Shown here: one piece after another, positions 20,143-33,181 of the stretch
How the letters are laid out: each line of letters starts with the position of its first letter
Position numbering within the stretch: the stretch's first letter is position 1
DNA from: Deferribacterales bacterium
Lineage (GTDB): Bacteria > Chrysiogenota > Deferribacteres > Deferribacterales > Geovibrionaceae
DNA length: 64,000 nt
Direction: 5' to 3'
Assembly: GCA_050251875.1 (NCBI GenBank)
Contig: JBFWMA010000001.1
Location: forward strand, 433,587 to 497,586
Made by a program: the position numbers and the translations under genes
The notes under the pieces: generated by a model
Seen by the model: only the letters and a program-made list of their open reading frames with translations
Told to the model about the DNA's origin: nothing
Databases searched by the model: none

Positions 20143-20547
20143 ATGAGCTATTTTGACGTAATGAATGTAGCCGCCACAGGCATGAGCGCTCAGAGAATCA
20201 GAATAACAGCTATTTCTTCCAACCTGGCTAACGCTCAGACGACAAAAACCGCTGACGGCGGACCCTATAAACGTCAGGATGTTGTCTTTCAGACCATCAT
20301 GGACGGACAGAACGCCGGCGGCGTGAAAGTTAATCAGGTTATTACAGACGATAAACCGCCGATTCTGAAATATGAGCCCGATCATCCTGATGCGGATGAA
20401 GAGGGCTATGTGGCTTATCCCAACGTGAACCCCATCGAAGAGATGGTGAACATGCTGGAAGCCTCCAGAAGCTATGAGGCGAACACAACAGTGCTGAACA
20501 CTGCCAAACAGCTCGCTCTCAAGGCGATAGAGATCGGCAAGGCATAA
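20143..20547 (+). CDS. flgC: Flagellar basal-body rod protein FlgC
   Basis: SNLANA, GGPY, YEPDHPDAD, YPNVN, RSYEAN. Confidence 0.96.
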   Translation: MSYFDVMNVAATGMSAQRIRITAISSNLANAQTTKTADGGPYKRQDVVFQTIMDGQNAGGVKVNQVITDDKPPILKYEPDHPDADEEGYVAYPNVNPIEEMVNMLEASRSYEANTTVLNTAKQLALKAIEIGKA

Positions 20548-20613
20548 ATACATAATAATTCTGTTGTAAAATAAGGGCGATGTATATTATATTAGAAGAG
20601 CAGGGGTAAAAGT

Positions 20614-20925
20614 ATGTCGGATATTAACAGTATAAATTTTTTACTGCCCAACAAGCTGGACACAGGAACATCCTCCGCCAAGACCACTGAGTCTGCCGGC
20701 GAGAGTGTGGACTTTGCCGCTTTGCTCAAAGACGCCCTTAAAGACGTTAACGATGCTCAGCTGACCGCTGATGATGCCGTTCAGAAAGTCCTTAGCGGTG
20801 AGACAAAAGACATATCTTCCACAATGATCGCCCTGCAGAAAGCAGACGTATCGCTCAAAATGATGCTCGAGGTCCGTAACAAAATGATGGACGCGTATCA
20901 GGAGATCATGCGTACTCAGGTCTAA
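20614..20925 (+). CDS. fliE: Flagellar hook-basal body protein FliE
   Basis: EVRNKMMDAYQEIMR. Confidence 0.95.
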   Translation: MSDINSINFLLPNKLDTGTSSAKTTESAGESVDFAALLKDALKDVNDAQLTADDAVQKVLSGETKDISSTMIALQKADVSLKMMLEVRNKMMDAYQEIMRTQV

Positions 20926-20937
20926 TTGTGAGGGTGT

Positions 20938-22608
20938 ATGGCTCTTGGGGACATAATTTCCCAATTTCAGGAAACATTTAAAAAACTAACTCTTCTTCAG
21001 AAAGTCTCGGTAATGTCAGCTGTGGCGGCAGTGGTTATCTCTGTCGTTGTGGTGGTTTACTGGGCCAATCGACCTGTCTATAAAATGCTATTCGCAGGAA
21101 TGACTTCCGATGACGCAGCCACCGTAATCGAAAAACTCAAGGAACAAAACGTCCCATATAAGATAGAAGACGGCGGAGCGAAAATCACCGTTCCGGAAAA
21201 ATTCGTCTATGAAACAAGACTCAATCTGGCAAAAGAGGGCATCCCCAAAGGCGGGGGCGCCGGGCTGGAGCTTTTCGATAAATCATCCTTCGGCATGACG
21301 GAGTTCATGCAGAATGTCAATTTTCAGCGCGCTCTTCAGGGTGAGCTGGCGAGAACCATCACATCGCTGAAAGAGATAGCCGAGGCACGGGTTCACCTTT
21401 CTGTTCCGAAAGATAGGCTCTTCATCTCTGATGAGGAGGCGTCTAAGGCTTCTGTCGTTGTCCGCCTGAAGAGCGGAGAGACGCTGGGACGTGAACAGGT
21501 GAAGGCGATAGCGTCTCTTGTTTCCGGCGCTGTGAAGGGGCTGACACCGGAGAACGTACAGATAGTCGATACATCGGGCAGACTGCTCAGCGAGTTTCTC
21601 ACCAACGAGGCGGAACCCCTGATGCTGACACAGACCCAGCTGGAATATCAGCGCAAGGTCGAAAAAGATCTGGAAAACAAAGTTAACGAGATTCTGGGAA
21701 GCACACTGGGCGTGGGCAACGCCGTGGCAAAGGTTACGGCGGACATCGATTTCGCCAAACGGGACATCACGAAGGAAGAATATGACCCCAACCCCGTTCT
21801 GCGCTCTCAGCAGTCTTCAGAGATAAACAGCAAAAATTCCCCGGACACTCCTCAGGGTGTTCCGGGAGTGCAGTCCAACCTCGCCGAGCCCAACATCACG
21901 CAGGGCGGCACCACTTCTGAATATAACAAGAGCGATGAGACTCAGAATTTTGAGATAGGAAAAACTGTTACCGTAGAGCAGAAACCCTATGGTACAATTA
22001 ATCGTATAACCGTTGCCGTGGTGGTGGATGATAAAAAAACCACCAAAAAAGCCGAAGACGGCAAGACAGACGTGGTGGAATCCACCCCGAGAACACCGGA
22101 AGATATGACTTCCATCAAAAATCTTGTTGCTATGGCAGTGGGTTATGACGAAACCAGAAAGGATCAGATCGAGGTTTCCAACATATCGTTTGATACATCG
22201 TCAAAAGATCAGGAAACAACTCTGATAAAAAGGGAGAAAACCATGGAGCTGGTGGGACTTCTGTCTAAATACGCTCTGGCGGCGGTCATTGTTCTGTTGT
22301 TCTACTTCCTCGTTATCAGAAGAATCCTCAAGAAAATGGACAAGCCCGTCACTGTTCACGAGGACGGTTCCATCACATACGGAGATCTGGGCAGAGACGA
22401 TGTGGGGCTGGAGCTCAACATGAACGAGCGCTATCCCAAATCTCTGGAAGAGCTCGAAAAAGAGATCGAGAGCGAGCTCAACGAAGGCGCTCCTCTGGAT
22501 GTGGAAACAGTCAAATCGAAAGTTATGCTTAAAAAGATAGAAGATTTCGCAGCGGAAGACCCGGAGGCAATGGCCAACCTTATCAAAAGCCTGCTGAAAG
22601 GAGATTAA
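20938..22608 (+). CDS. fliF: Flagellar M-ring protein FliF
   Basis: GLELFD, RALQGELARTI, ARVHL; two TM segments. Confidence 0.96.
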   Translation: MALGDIISQFQETFKKLTLLQKVSVMSAVAAVVISVVVVVYWANRPVYKMLFAGMTSDDAATVIEKLKEQNVPYKIEDGGAKITVPEKFVYETRLNLAKEGIPKGGGAGLELFDKSSFGMTEFMQNVNFQRALQGELARTITSLKEIAEARVHLSVPKDRLFISDEEASKASVVVRLKSGETLGREQVKAIASLVSGAVKGLTPENVQIVDTSGRLLSEFLTNEAEPLMLTQTQLEYQRKVEKDLENKVNEILGSTLGVGNAVAKVTADIDFAKRDITKEEYDPNPVLRSQQSSEINSKNSPDTPQGVPGVQSNLAEPNITQGGTTSEYNKSDETQNFEIGKTVTVEQKPYGTINRITVAVVVDDKKTTKKAEDGKTDVVESTPRTPEDMTSIKNLVAMAVGYDETRKDQIEVSNISFDTSSKDQETTLIKREKTMELVGLLSKYALAAVIVLLFYFLVIRRILKKMDKPVTVHEDGSITYGDLGRDDVGLELNMNERYPKSLEELEKEIESELNEGAPLDVETVKSKVMLKKIEDFAAEDPEAMANLIKSLLKGD

Positions 22609-22614
22609 GGGGAT

Positions 22615-23613
22615 ATGGTTTCAGAAGAAGGAATCAAAAGAGCAGCCGCTATAATGATAGCCCTGGGCGAAGAGATCACCGCGCCCGTTCTCGCTCATCT
22701 GGACGATGACGAGGTGAGCGAACTTACCAAAGAGATCGCCACCACCAAGATAGTCTCGCCCGAGAAGATGGACGAATATATAGAAGATTTCTACAACATG
22801 ATGCTGGCGAAGAAATTCATCGCCAAGGGCGGTCTGGAATACGCTAAAACGGTTCTGGTAAAATCTCTGGGACCGGAAAGAGCGAGAAAGATCATCGACC
22901 GTCTGACGAAGATGCTGGAACAGTCGTCCGGTTTCGACTTTCTGGCTAAGATCGACCCTAAACAGCTCGCAAAATTTATCCAGACGGAACACCCCCAGAC
23001 CATCGCCCTGATTCTGGCGCATCTGGACCCGTCACAGGCGGCGGAGTCTCTGGCTCAGCTCCCGGAGGATATGAAAGCCGACATCACCTTGAGAATTTCA
23101 AACCTTCAGGATATATCGCCTTCCGTTGTAAAAACACTCGCCAGAGTGCTGGAGGAGAGATTCGAGTCTCTGTCGTCCTACAATGTTGAAGTGGGCGGTG
23201 TTAAATCCGTTGCCGAGATTTTCAACCGTATGGACAGAACCACCAGCAAGACCACTCTGGAAAAACTGGAAAAAGAGAGCCCCGAGCTTGTTGCGGCTAT
23301 CAGGGATATGATGTTCGTATTTGACGATATCAAGGTTCTCAACGATGTCGCCATCCAGGAAATCCTTAAGAAAGCAGATAAAAAAGCTCTCACCATGGCT
23401 CTCAAAGGAACCGATGACGAGATGCAGGAGCGTTTCTTCCGCAATATGTCCAAGCGTGCTGTGGAGACTATGAAAGAAGAGATGGAATACATGGGACCCG
23501 TTAAGCTGAAAGAGGTGGAAAAAGCTCAGCACGAGATTGTTTCCATCGTCCGTGAGCTCGAGGAAGAGGGCATCGTGAACATCGGCGGCGGCGAAGAAGA
23601 CCAATACGTTTAA
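22615..23613 (+). CDS. fliG: Flagellar motor switch protein FliG
   Basis: GGLEYAK, EHPQTIALIL, GGVKSVAEI, MFVFDD. Confidence 0.96.
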   Translation: MVSEEGIKRAAAIMIALGEEITAPVLAHLDDDEVSELTKEIATTKIVSPEKMDEYIEDFYNMMLAKKFIAKGGLEYAKTVLVKSLGPERARKIIDRLTKMLEQSSGFDFLAKIDPKQLAKFIQTEHPQTIALILAHLDPSQAAESLAQLPEDMKADITLRISNLQDISPSVVKTLARVLEERFESLSSYNVEVGGVKSVAEIFNRMDRTTSKTTLEKLEKESPELVAAIRDMMFVFDDIKVLNDVAIQEILKKADKKALTMALKGTDDEMQERFFRNMSKRAVETMKEEMEYMGPVKLKEVEKAQHEIVSIVRELEEEGIVNIGGGEEDQYV

Positions 23614-23622
23614 TCAAAACTA

Positions 23623-23853
23623 TGTCCCCCTCTTTGTGAAGAGGGGCTAGGGGAGATTTCTTTATTTTTTAAGAAATCCCTCCCGTCCTCCCTTTTAGAA
23701 AGGGAGGGGTAATACACTAACTTAACTTCATGGATGAAGTTCGTGGAACGAGCGAGTGCGCTTTTAGCGTGTGAGCGAGTGGAACGTGAGTGAAGCCGGG
23801 TTTCATCCCTGGCGTAACGGTATCTAAAATTTTCTAGGACAGAAAATTTTTGC
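23623..23853. repeat. Composite palindromic intergenic element, copy A
   Basis: Aligns with 62040-62207; multiple hairpins; between fliG and fliH. Confidence 0.8.
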
Positions 23854-23861
23854 AGGGTGCA

Positions 23862-24734
23862 ATGTCCAGAATCATTAAAGACGACAAACTCAATCCCAAA
23901 AAACTGCGCAGCTTCGACTACACGGTATATGCCGATGTGGAGCGGGGCGAAAAGATACAGAAGCTGATAAAAGTCGGAGAGATGGACTATGTCCCCGGCG
24001 AGACATCATATAATGTCGGCAGCTTTGACGAGGACGTGGAACTGCACAGAGCCATAGTGGTGCAGGACGAGTCTGTGAAGAGCAAGAAATATGAGCCCCA
24101 ATCCTTTGACGAGGAACCGAAAGAGCTGATAAAACAGTCCGAACCGGAGCCTCTGACCGAACCTGAACCGGAGCCGGAGCCCGAACAGCCCGCCATCACG
24201 GAAGAGGAACTGGAAGCCATCCGCAAAGAGGCGTATCAGAAGGGTATGGCGGACGGTCTGTCCCGTGGGATAGCGGACGGCGAACAGAAGGCCAGAAGGG
24301 AATACGAGGCTCAGAAGTCCGATTATCTGGCGAAATTGCAGGAAACATACAACAGCGTACTGGCTGAGATGGACGTATATAAAAAGGCGGTGGCTCAGCT
24401 GGACGAGGAACTGCCGGATATGATCGCTTCTATGGTTACGGATATCATCGGCACAGAACGCAAGCTGAACGACAAACTGGTGGTTTCCATCACTAAGAAC
24501 AGTCTTCAGCATTTAAAAGAAATGGACAAGATTATCTTCATGGTGAACCCCGATGATGTGGGAACTATGACGGATGTCTTTCCGGAATACGAAACCCAGC
24601 CCGACAGAACAGTTGTGAAGGGCAGCCTGAAAGTTCAGACAAACATCGGAGAGCTGAATTTCTGCATACAGAAGATGCTTGAGGAGTTTGTGGATAGAAT
24701 ACATGAAGAATTTAGCACGCCTGAAGAAAGTTGA
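23862..24734 (+). CDS. fliH: Flagellar assembly protein FliH
   Basis: AYQKGMADGLSRGIADG GxxxG repeats; between fliG and fliI; EP-rich linker. Confidence 0.85.
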   Translation: MSRIIKDDKLNPKKLRSFDYTVYADVERGEKIQKLIKVGEMDYVPGETSYNVGSFDEDVELHRAIVVQDESVKSKKYEPQSFDEEPKELIKQSEPEPLTEPEPEPEPEQPAITEEELEAIRKEAYQKGMADGLSRGIADGEQKARREYEAQKSDYLAKLQETYNSVLAEMDVYKKAVAQLDEELPDMIASMVTDIIGTERKLNDKLVVSITKNSLQHLKEMDKIIFMVNPDDVGTMTDVFPEYETQPDRTVVKGSLKVQTNIGELNFCIQKMLEEFVDRIHEEFSTPEES

Positions 24735-26010
24735 TAACAAACCATCCATACAGTTTAAAGGCAAGGTGACGAAGATTGTCGGTCTCACTATCGAGGCGGA
24801 CGGTCCCCTTCTGGGCATCGGCACCAGATGCCGGATAGAAGGCTATGACGGCAGAGAGATCCTCGCCGAGATCATAGGGTTCAAGGACGACAGGATCATT
24901 CTGATGCCATATGGCGAGAGTGAGGGCATCGCCCCCGGAAGCCCCGTGGTGAACGAATCATACGGCAACACGGTAAAGGTCTGCGATGGTCTTCTGGGGC
25001 GTGTTCTGGATGCTCTGGGAAATCCCATGGACGGAAAAGGACCCATCAGGGACTTTAAGCTGGTGAATGTATATAACACCCCTCCGCAGGCTCTGGACAG
25101 AGAGATAATCAAAGACCCGATATCCACCGGGATAAAGACCATAGACAACCTGATAACCGTGGGAACCGGACAGAGGGTGGGCATATTCGCCGGTTCCGGT
25201 GTGGGAAAATCAGTTACGCTGGGCATGATAGCGAGAAACACCAACGCTGACGTCAACGTCATAGCGCTCATAGGAGAGCGGGGACGTGAGGTGCGTGAGT
25301 TCATAGAGAGAGATTTGGGCGAGGAAGGGCTGAAAAGGAGCGTGGTGGTGGTTGCTACGTCCGACCAGTCCGCTCTGGTGAGAAAGCTGGGAGCCTTTGT
25401 CGGCACAGCCATAGCCGAATATTTCAGGGAACAGGGCAAAAACGTAATGCTGATGATGGATTCCGTGACACGTTTTGCCATGGCTCAGAGAGAGATCGGG
25501 CTCACCGTGGGCGAACCGCCCACCACAAAGGGCTATACCCCGTCTGTTTTCGGGCTTCTGCCGAAACTGCTGGAGAGAGCCGGAACCAAAAAAGGCAAAG
25601 GAACAATAACAGGTCTCTACACCGTTCTGGTGGAGGCTGACGATATGAACGACCCGGTGGGGGACACCGTGCGTTCGATTATTGACGGTCACATCGTGCT
25701 GTCGAGGGCGCTCGCCGGAAAGAACCACTACCCCGCCATAGACGTTCTGAACAGCGCCAGCCGTCTGATGAAAGAGATAGTTGACGAAAAACAGTTCGAC
25801 AATGCGGGGCACCTGCGTGACCTGCTGGCAACATATAACGAGGCGGAAGACCTCATTAACATCGGGGCGTATGTGAAAGGAAGCAACCCGAAGATCGATG
25901 AGTCGCTGGCGAAGATAAACGATATCAACGGCTTTCTGCGCCAGAAGATAGATGAGTCATTCAGCATGGAAGACAGCGCCGCCATGCTGGACAAAATCAT
26001 TAACGGCTGA
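24703..26010 (+). CDS. fliI: Flagellar export ATPase FliI
   Basis: AGSGVGKS, IGERGREV, DSVTRFA, DGHIVLSR. Confidence 0.96.
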   Translation: MKNLARLKKVDNKPSIQFKGKVTKIVGLTIEADGPLLGIGTRCRIEGYDGREILAEIIGFKDDRIILMPYGESEGIAPGSPVVNESYGNTVKVCDGLLGRVLDALGNPMDGKGPIRDFKLVNVYNTPPQALDREIIKDPISTGIKTIDNLITVGTGQRVGIFAGSGVGKSVTLGMIARNTNADVNVIALIGERGREVREFIERDLGEEGLKRSVVVVATSDQSALVRKLGAFVGTAIAEYFREQGKNVMLMMDSVTRFAMAQREIGLTVGEPPTTKGYTPSVFGLLPKLLERAGTKKGKGTITGLYTVLVEADDMNDPVGDTVRSIIDGHIVLSRALAGKNHYPAIDVLNSASRLMKEIVDEKQFDNAGHLRDLLATYNEAEDLINIGAYVKGSNPKIDESLAKINDINGFLRQKIDESFSMEDSAAMLDKIING

Positions 26011-26438
26011 TGAAAAGGGAATTCAGGCTCCAGAAGGTGCTGGAGTACAGAGAGCGCATAGTCACCATAGAGAAGGCTAAGCTGGCTGATCTGCACACCC
26101 GTCTGCTGGAGAACAGAAACAGCATACTCGCCATACAGAACGAGGCATCGGCAAAGCTGACCGAGATGGAGACCGCTGACACCGCCATCCTTTTTATGTA
26201 TGATAAATATCTGAAATCGCTGGCGGAGAAAAAAGCCGCTCTGGTGAAGATGAAAAAACAGATAGAAATGACGATAGAACTTCAGAAAAAGAAGGTTATG
26301 GAAGCCATCGACCGCCACAAGGTGATGGAAAAACTGAAAGAGAAGCATGTGGAAAATTTCCGCTCGTATCTGAATAAAGAGGAGATGAAGCTCATTGACG
26401 AGCTCGCCATCTCGAGGAGTGCCAGAAATAATGAATAG
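26010..26438 (+). CDS. fliJ: Flagellar export protein FliJ
   Basis: FRLQKVLEYR...EMKLIDE coiled coil after fliI. Confidence 0.85.
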   Translation: MKREFRLQKVLEYRERIVTIEKAKLADLHTRLLENRNSILAIQNEASAKLTEMETADTAILFMYDKYLKSLAEKKAALVKMKKQIEMTIELQKKKVMEAIDRHKVMEKLKEKHVENFRSYLNKEEMKLIDELAISRSARNNE

Positions 26439-26949
26439 ATATCATCTTAAAAATAATCTCGTGCCTTTGGCTGTGTTTTTGTCTGTCATTTTTTTCTGCG
26501 CGGTTTTTACGGCTTCCGCCGAATCGCTCGCCGATCTTCAGGCGATATCCAAATCGCTGGATAAGAGAAAGCTGGAGCTGGACAAGCGGGAGAAGGATAT
26601 CAGAACCAAAGAGGAGCGTCTGAAAGCTCTGGAAGACAGCCTCATTCAGAAAGATATAGAGATCAGAAAGATGCAGGACAGCATCGTTGCCCGCCTGAAA
26701 GAGATCAAAATTCAGGAAGATAAAAATCTGGATAAACTGGCGAAGGATTACGGCTCCGCCAAAGCAAAATCAGCGGCGCAGGTTATAGTTAAGATGGATA
26801 TAGAAAAATCAGTTCAGCTTTTTCAGCGTTTGCCCAGCATGACGGCGGGAAAAATTCTGTCCGCCATGGGCACGATAGACCCGGAATACGCCGCTAAATT
26901 GTCCGAAAAGCTGACTCCCGACAAGATACAGGGGATAAATGCGCAGTAA
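26431..26949 (+). CDS. MotE/YlxF(FlbB)-like flagellar protein
   Basis: N-terminal hydrophobic segment, coiled coil, MgtE-N-like C-terminal helices; located after fliJ. Confidence 0.6.
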   Translation: MNRYHLKNNLVPLAVFLSVIFFCAVFTASAESLADLQAISKSLDKRKLELDKREKDIRTKEERLKALEDSLIQKDIEIRKMQDSIVARLKEIKIQEDKNLDKLAKDYGSAKAKSAAQVIVKMDIEKSVQLFQRLPSMTAGKILSAMGTIDPEYAAKLSEKLTPDKIQGINAQ

Positions 26950-27532
26950 CAGAAACATCTACGGCGTGACATCATCTCCCCTGCACGCACTGGCGGCGGA
27001 GCTGAAGACACCGTCCGTGGAGATTGACGTGGGGCTGTTTCTGCGGTTTTTCTGCAAAACGGCTAAACCAAAAAAAATTCTGGAGATCGGCTGCGGAATC
27101 GGCGTCTCCACCAGATATATGGCAGAAGCGGCACCTGATGCTGAAATCACCGCTCTGGATCACAACCATGTGCGTCTGGCGCAGGCGAAAAAGATCGCCG
27201 GCGGTATAGAAAATATTACATTTGTTCAGTCTGAAGGCGTTGAGTTTATGCGGAACTCCGCCGAAAAATATGACCTGATATTTATAGATTCTGTCAAAAA
27301 AGATTATCCCGTGATGTACCATTACGCTGAACAGCTCCTGACAGACAGCGGAGCGGTGATAATGGACGATGTGTTCTGCTATGGATATATCTTTTGCGAA
27401 GACTGCGAGATTCCCGAAAAATACCGGGCGCTGGCGGGCGTTTTCAGAGATTTTCTGCACAGAATAAAAAACACGAGAGACCACAGCGTCCTGCCCATAG
27501 GCGGCGGGGTGCTGGTGACATACAGAGGATAG
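26939..27532 (+). CDS. O-methyltransferase, TrmR/YrrM-like
   Basis: ILEIGCGIGVS SAM motif, YDLIFID; upstream of a U32 gene. Confidence 0.75.
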   Translation: MRSNRNIYGVTSSPLHALAAELKTPSVEIDVGLFLRFFCKTAKPKKILEIGCGIGVSTRYMAEAAPDAEITALDHNHVRLAQAKKIAGGIENITFVQSEGVEFMRNSAEKYDLIFIDSVKKDYPVMYHYAEQLLTDSGAVIMDDVFCYGYIFCEDCEIPEKYRALAGVFRDFLHRIKNTRDHSVLPIGGGVLVTYRG

Positions 27533-27533
27533 G

Positions 27534-28757
27534 ATGAAAAAACCTGAGCTTTTGGCTCCGGCGGGCAGTTTCGATAAGATGGAGGCGGCGGTGCTTTACG
27601 GCGCTGACGCTGTATATTTCGCCGGAAGCGGATTCGGACTGCGTGCCCGGGCGGGCAATTTTGAGCCGGACGAGATGGAAAAAGCCCTGAAATATCTGCA
27701 CGACAGAGGCAGAAAGGGCTATGTGACTGTGAACGCTTATCTGAAAAACAACGAATTTGACGGGCTGGAGGATTATCTCCATAAACTCAGCGAGATAAAA
27801 CCGGACGCCCTTATCATATCCGACCCCGGCGTGTTTGCCACCGCCAGAAAACACGCTCCGAACATCCCCATACACATCAGCACTCAGGCGAACGTTACCA
27901 ACCTTCAGACGGTGGAGTTCTGGCACAGTCTGGGCGCCGAGAGGGTGATTCTGGCGAGGGAGCTGAGCCGGGACGAGATAGCGCAGATATGCAGAAGCTC
28001 CGCCTGCGAGGTGGAGGTTTTCGTGCACGGCGCCATGTGCATCTCCATGTCCGGCAGATGCCTGATGAGCAACTATATGACAGGCAGGGACGCTAACGCC
28101 GGAGACTGCGCCCAGTCGTGCAGATGGAAATATTCGCTGGTGGAATCCACCCGTGAGGGACAGTATTTTCCCATCGAGCAGGATGAGCGAGGGACATATT
28201 TCTACAACAGCAAAGACCTGTGTCTGCTCGACCATGTGGGCGAGCTGGCGGACATGGGTGTGAAGAGCCTCAAGATTGAGGGACGCATGAAGAGCATCAT
28301 GTATGTGTCTGTCATCACAGGCGTATACAGAAAAGCCATAGACAGAGCCGCCGAGGGCAATTATGAGGTAGACCCTGAGTGGGTGCGCCTGATAAAGAGC
28401 GTCAGCCACAGGGAATATACCGAGGCTTTCTATGACGGAGAGGCCGGAACGGAGAGCATGAATTACGGCACGAACTCATATGTGAGGGGATGCGAGTTTC
28501 TGGCTCTGGCGCTTTATCACCACGAACTGGGAACTGTCATAGAGGCGAAGGCGAAATTTCATCCGGACGAGGCGGTGAGCGTTCTGGGACCTGATATGTG
28601 CGAGGTGGATATTCTGGTGAGCAAACTTCTGGACATGAACGGCAACGAACAGCCGAACACCAAGCCCGCCATGAAATATATCCTGAAAGGAATAAAGCTG
28701 GATGAGGGAAGCATCATCCGCAGGCACGAAAAAGGCGACCATAAACTCAGTGAATAA
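27534..28757 (+). CDS. U32-family Fe-S protein, TrhP-like tRNA hydroxylase
   Basis: PELLAPAG, GADAVY, CX6CX15CX3C (CISMSGRC...CAQSC), KIEGR. Confidence 0.85.
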   Translation: MKKPELLAPAGSFDKMEAAVLYGADAVYFAGSGFGLRARAGNFEPDEMEKALKYLHDRGRKGYVTVNAYLKNNEFDGLEDYLHKLSEIKPDALIISDPGVFATARKHAPNIPIHISTQANVTNLQTVEFWHSLGAERVILARELSRDEIAQICRSSACEVEVFVHGAMCISMSGRCLMSNYMTGRDANAGDCAQSCRWKYSLVESTREGQYFPIEQDERGTYFYNSKDLCLLDHVGELADMGVKSLKIEGRMKSIMYVSVITGVYRKAIDRAAEGNYEVDPEWVRLIKSVSHREYTEAFYDGEAGTESMNYGTNSYVRGCEFLALALYHHELGTVIEAKAKFHPDEAVSVLGPDMCEVDILVSKLLDMNGNEQPNTKPAMKYILKGIKLDEGSIIRRHEKGDHKLSE

Positions 28758-28758
28758 G

Positions 28759-31555
<2,797 letters not shown>

Positions 31556-31574
31556 GCGCCGAGCAAAAATCATG

Positions 31575-31603
31575 TTGACAGAGGTAATATTAAAGTTTAA
31601 ATT
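31575..31603 (+). promoter_or_regulatory. Sigma-70 promoter upstream of rho
   Basis: TTGACA-17 nt-TAAATT. Confidence 0.6.
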
Positions 31604-31760
31604 CGCTTTGTTATTGCACACAGTCATGCAAGGCTTGCTACAGTTGTTCGTATCATAAAATCATACAGAAAAGTGAATCCTTTAGGCAAAAACCCGTTGT
31701 TATTTTTTATATGCAGATTTTTACCTGTGAACAATATTATACCTTTAAATGGAGAATAGC

Positions 31761-33002
31761 GTGAATCTTACCGATCTGAAGAAAAAAGCTATTGAAGAGC
31801 TTGTCACTATTGCTAATTCCGTAGGAATTGAAAACTCGGACGGACTCCTGAAACAGGAGCTCATCTTTGAAATCCTTAAACAGACCAGCGCTCAGAATGG
31901 GCAGATCTATGGTCAGGGCGTTCTGGAAATTCTGCCTGACGGCTTTGGTTTCCTCCGCTCACCTAACTATAACTACCTGCCCGGTCCTGATGATATATAT
32001 GTCTCACCCGCCCAGATACGCAAGTTCGGTCTCAGAAACGGAGACACTGTGGCAGGAGAGATAAGGCCGCCGAAGGACAACGAAAAGTACTTCGCCCTGC
32101 TCAAAGTCGAAGAGGTCAACTTTGAAGCCGCCAACAGAATGAGAACTCTCTTTGAAAACCTCACACCCCTTTTCCCCGAAGAAAGATTACAGCTCGAAGC
32201 AAAACCCACATCATATGAAACCAGAATCATGAACCTCATCTCCCCCATTGGTAAAGGACAGAGAGGTCTGCTGGTCGCTCCTCCCAAAACAGGTAAAACA
32301 ATGCTGCTGAAAAGCATCGCAAACTCCATAACAGCAAACCACCCCGAAGTATATCTCATCATCCTTCTGATAGATGAGCGTCCCGAAGAGGTTACAGATA
32401 TGCAGAGATCCGTTAACGCGGAAGTAATCAGCTCAACGTTCGATGAGCCTGCCTACAGACACGTTCAGGTCTCAGAGATGGTTCTGAACAAGGCTAAGCG
32501 TCTTGTGGAGCACAAAAAAGACGTGGTGATCCTGCTGGACTCCATCACACGTCTCGCCCGTGCCTACAACTCTATCGAACCGCCCTCAGGCAAGGTTCTT
32601 TCCGGTGGTGTGGATTCTAACGCACTGCACAAACCTAAAAGATTTTTCGGCGCCGCGCGTAACATAGAGGAGGGAGGTTCTCTCTCCATCATCGCCACAG
32701 CGCTCGTGGATACAGGTTCCAGAATGGACGAGGTTATCTTTGAGGAATTCAAAGGTACCGGCAACATGGAGCTCCATCTGGACAGACGTCTGGTGGAGAG
32801 AAGAATATTCCCCGCTATGGATATCAACAAATCCGGTACCAGAAGAGAAGAGCTTCTGCTCTCCAAAGAGGAGCTGAACAAGGTATGGATTCTGCGCAGA
32901 TTCCTTGCCAATATGAACAGCATAGACGCTATGGAGTTCCTGCTGGACAAGATGAAGGGAACAAAGTCCAATACGGATTTCCTGGAAAGCATGGGAAAAT
33001 AA
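31761..33002 (+). CDS. rho: Transcription termination factor Rho
   Basis: [34 protein letters not shown] after GGAG (alternative ATG at 31749). Confidence 0.98.
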   Translation: MNLTDLKKKAIEELVTIANSVGIENSDGLLKQELIFEILKQTSAQNGQIYGQGVLEILPDGFGFLRSPNYNYLPGPDDIYVSPAQIRKFGLRNGDTVAGEIRPPKDNEKYFALLKVEEVNFEAANRMRTLFENLTPLFPEERLQLEAKPTSYETRIMNLISPIGKGQRGLLVAPPKTGKTMLLKSIANSITANHPEVYLIILLIDERPEEVTDMQRSVNAEVISSTFDEPAYRHVQVSEMVLNKAKRLVEHKKDVVILLDSITRLARAYNSIEPPSGKVLSGGVDSNALHKPKRFFGAARNIEEGGSLSIIATALVDTGSRMDEVIFEEFKGTGNMELHLDRRLVERRIFPAMDINKSGTRREELLLSKEELNKVWILRRFLANMNSIDAMEFLLDKMKGTKSNTDFLESMGK

Positions 33003-33022
33003 CAGACAATAGATTGATAATG

Positions 33023-33053
33023 AAGACCGGTGGAAACACCGGTCTTTTTTTTT
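33023..33053 (+). terminator. Intrinsic terminator after rho
   Basis: AAGACCGGTG-GAAA-CACCGGTCTT plus T-tract. Confidence 0.88.
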
Positions 33054-33067
33054 GCTTTCTTTTTGCT

Positions 33068-33176
33068 GTAGGGCGGGGTTTTACCGCAAGCGAGGAATAG
33101 AAACGCCCGCCGATAGTAGGGCGGGGTTTTATACCCCGCCGAAAGATATGCGGCGGCATGTAAAATGCCGCCCTAC
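33068..33176. repeat. GTAG-type REP cluster (three units)
   Basis: GTAGGGCGGGGTTTTA at 33068 and 33116; inverted unit ending GCCGCCCTAC at 33176. Confidence 0.75.
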
Positions 33177-33181
33177 AACAC

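Noticed and set aside
24140..24187. GAACCG/GAGCCG hexamer repeats in fliH
   Set aside because: Degenerate in-frame Glu-Pro linker, not a phase-variable tract.
33068..33176. Possible mini-CRISPR array
   Set aside because: Units include an inverted copy, there are no regular spacers, and no cas genes are present.
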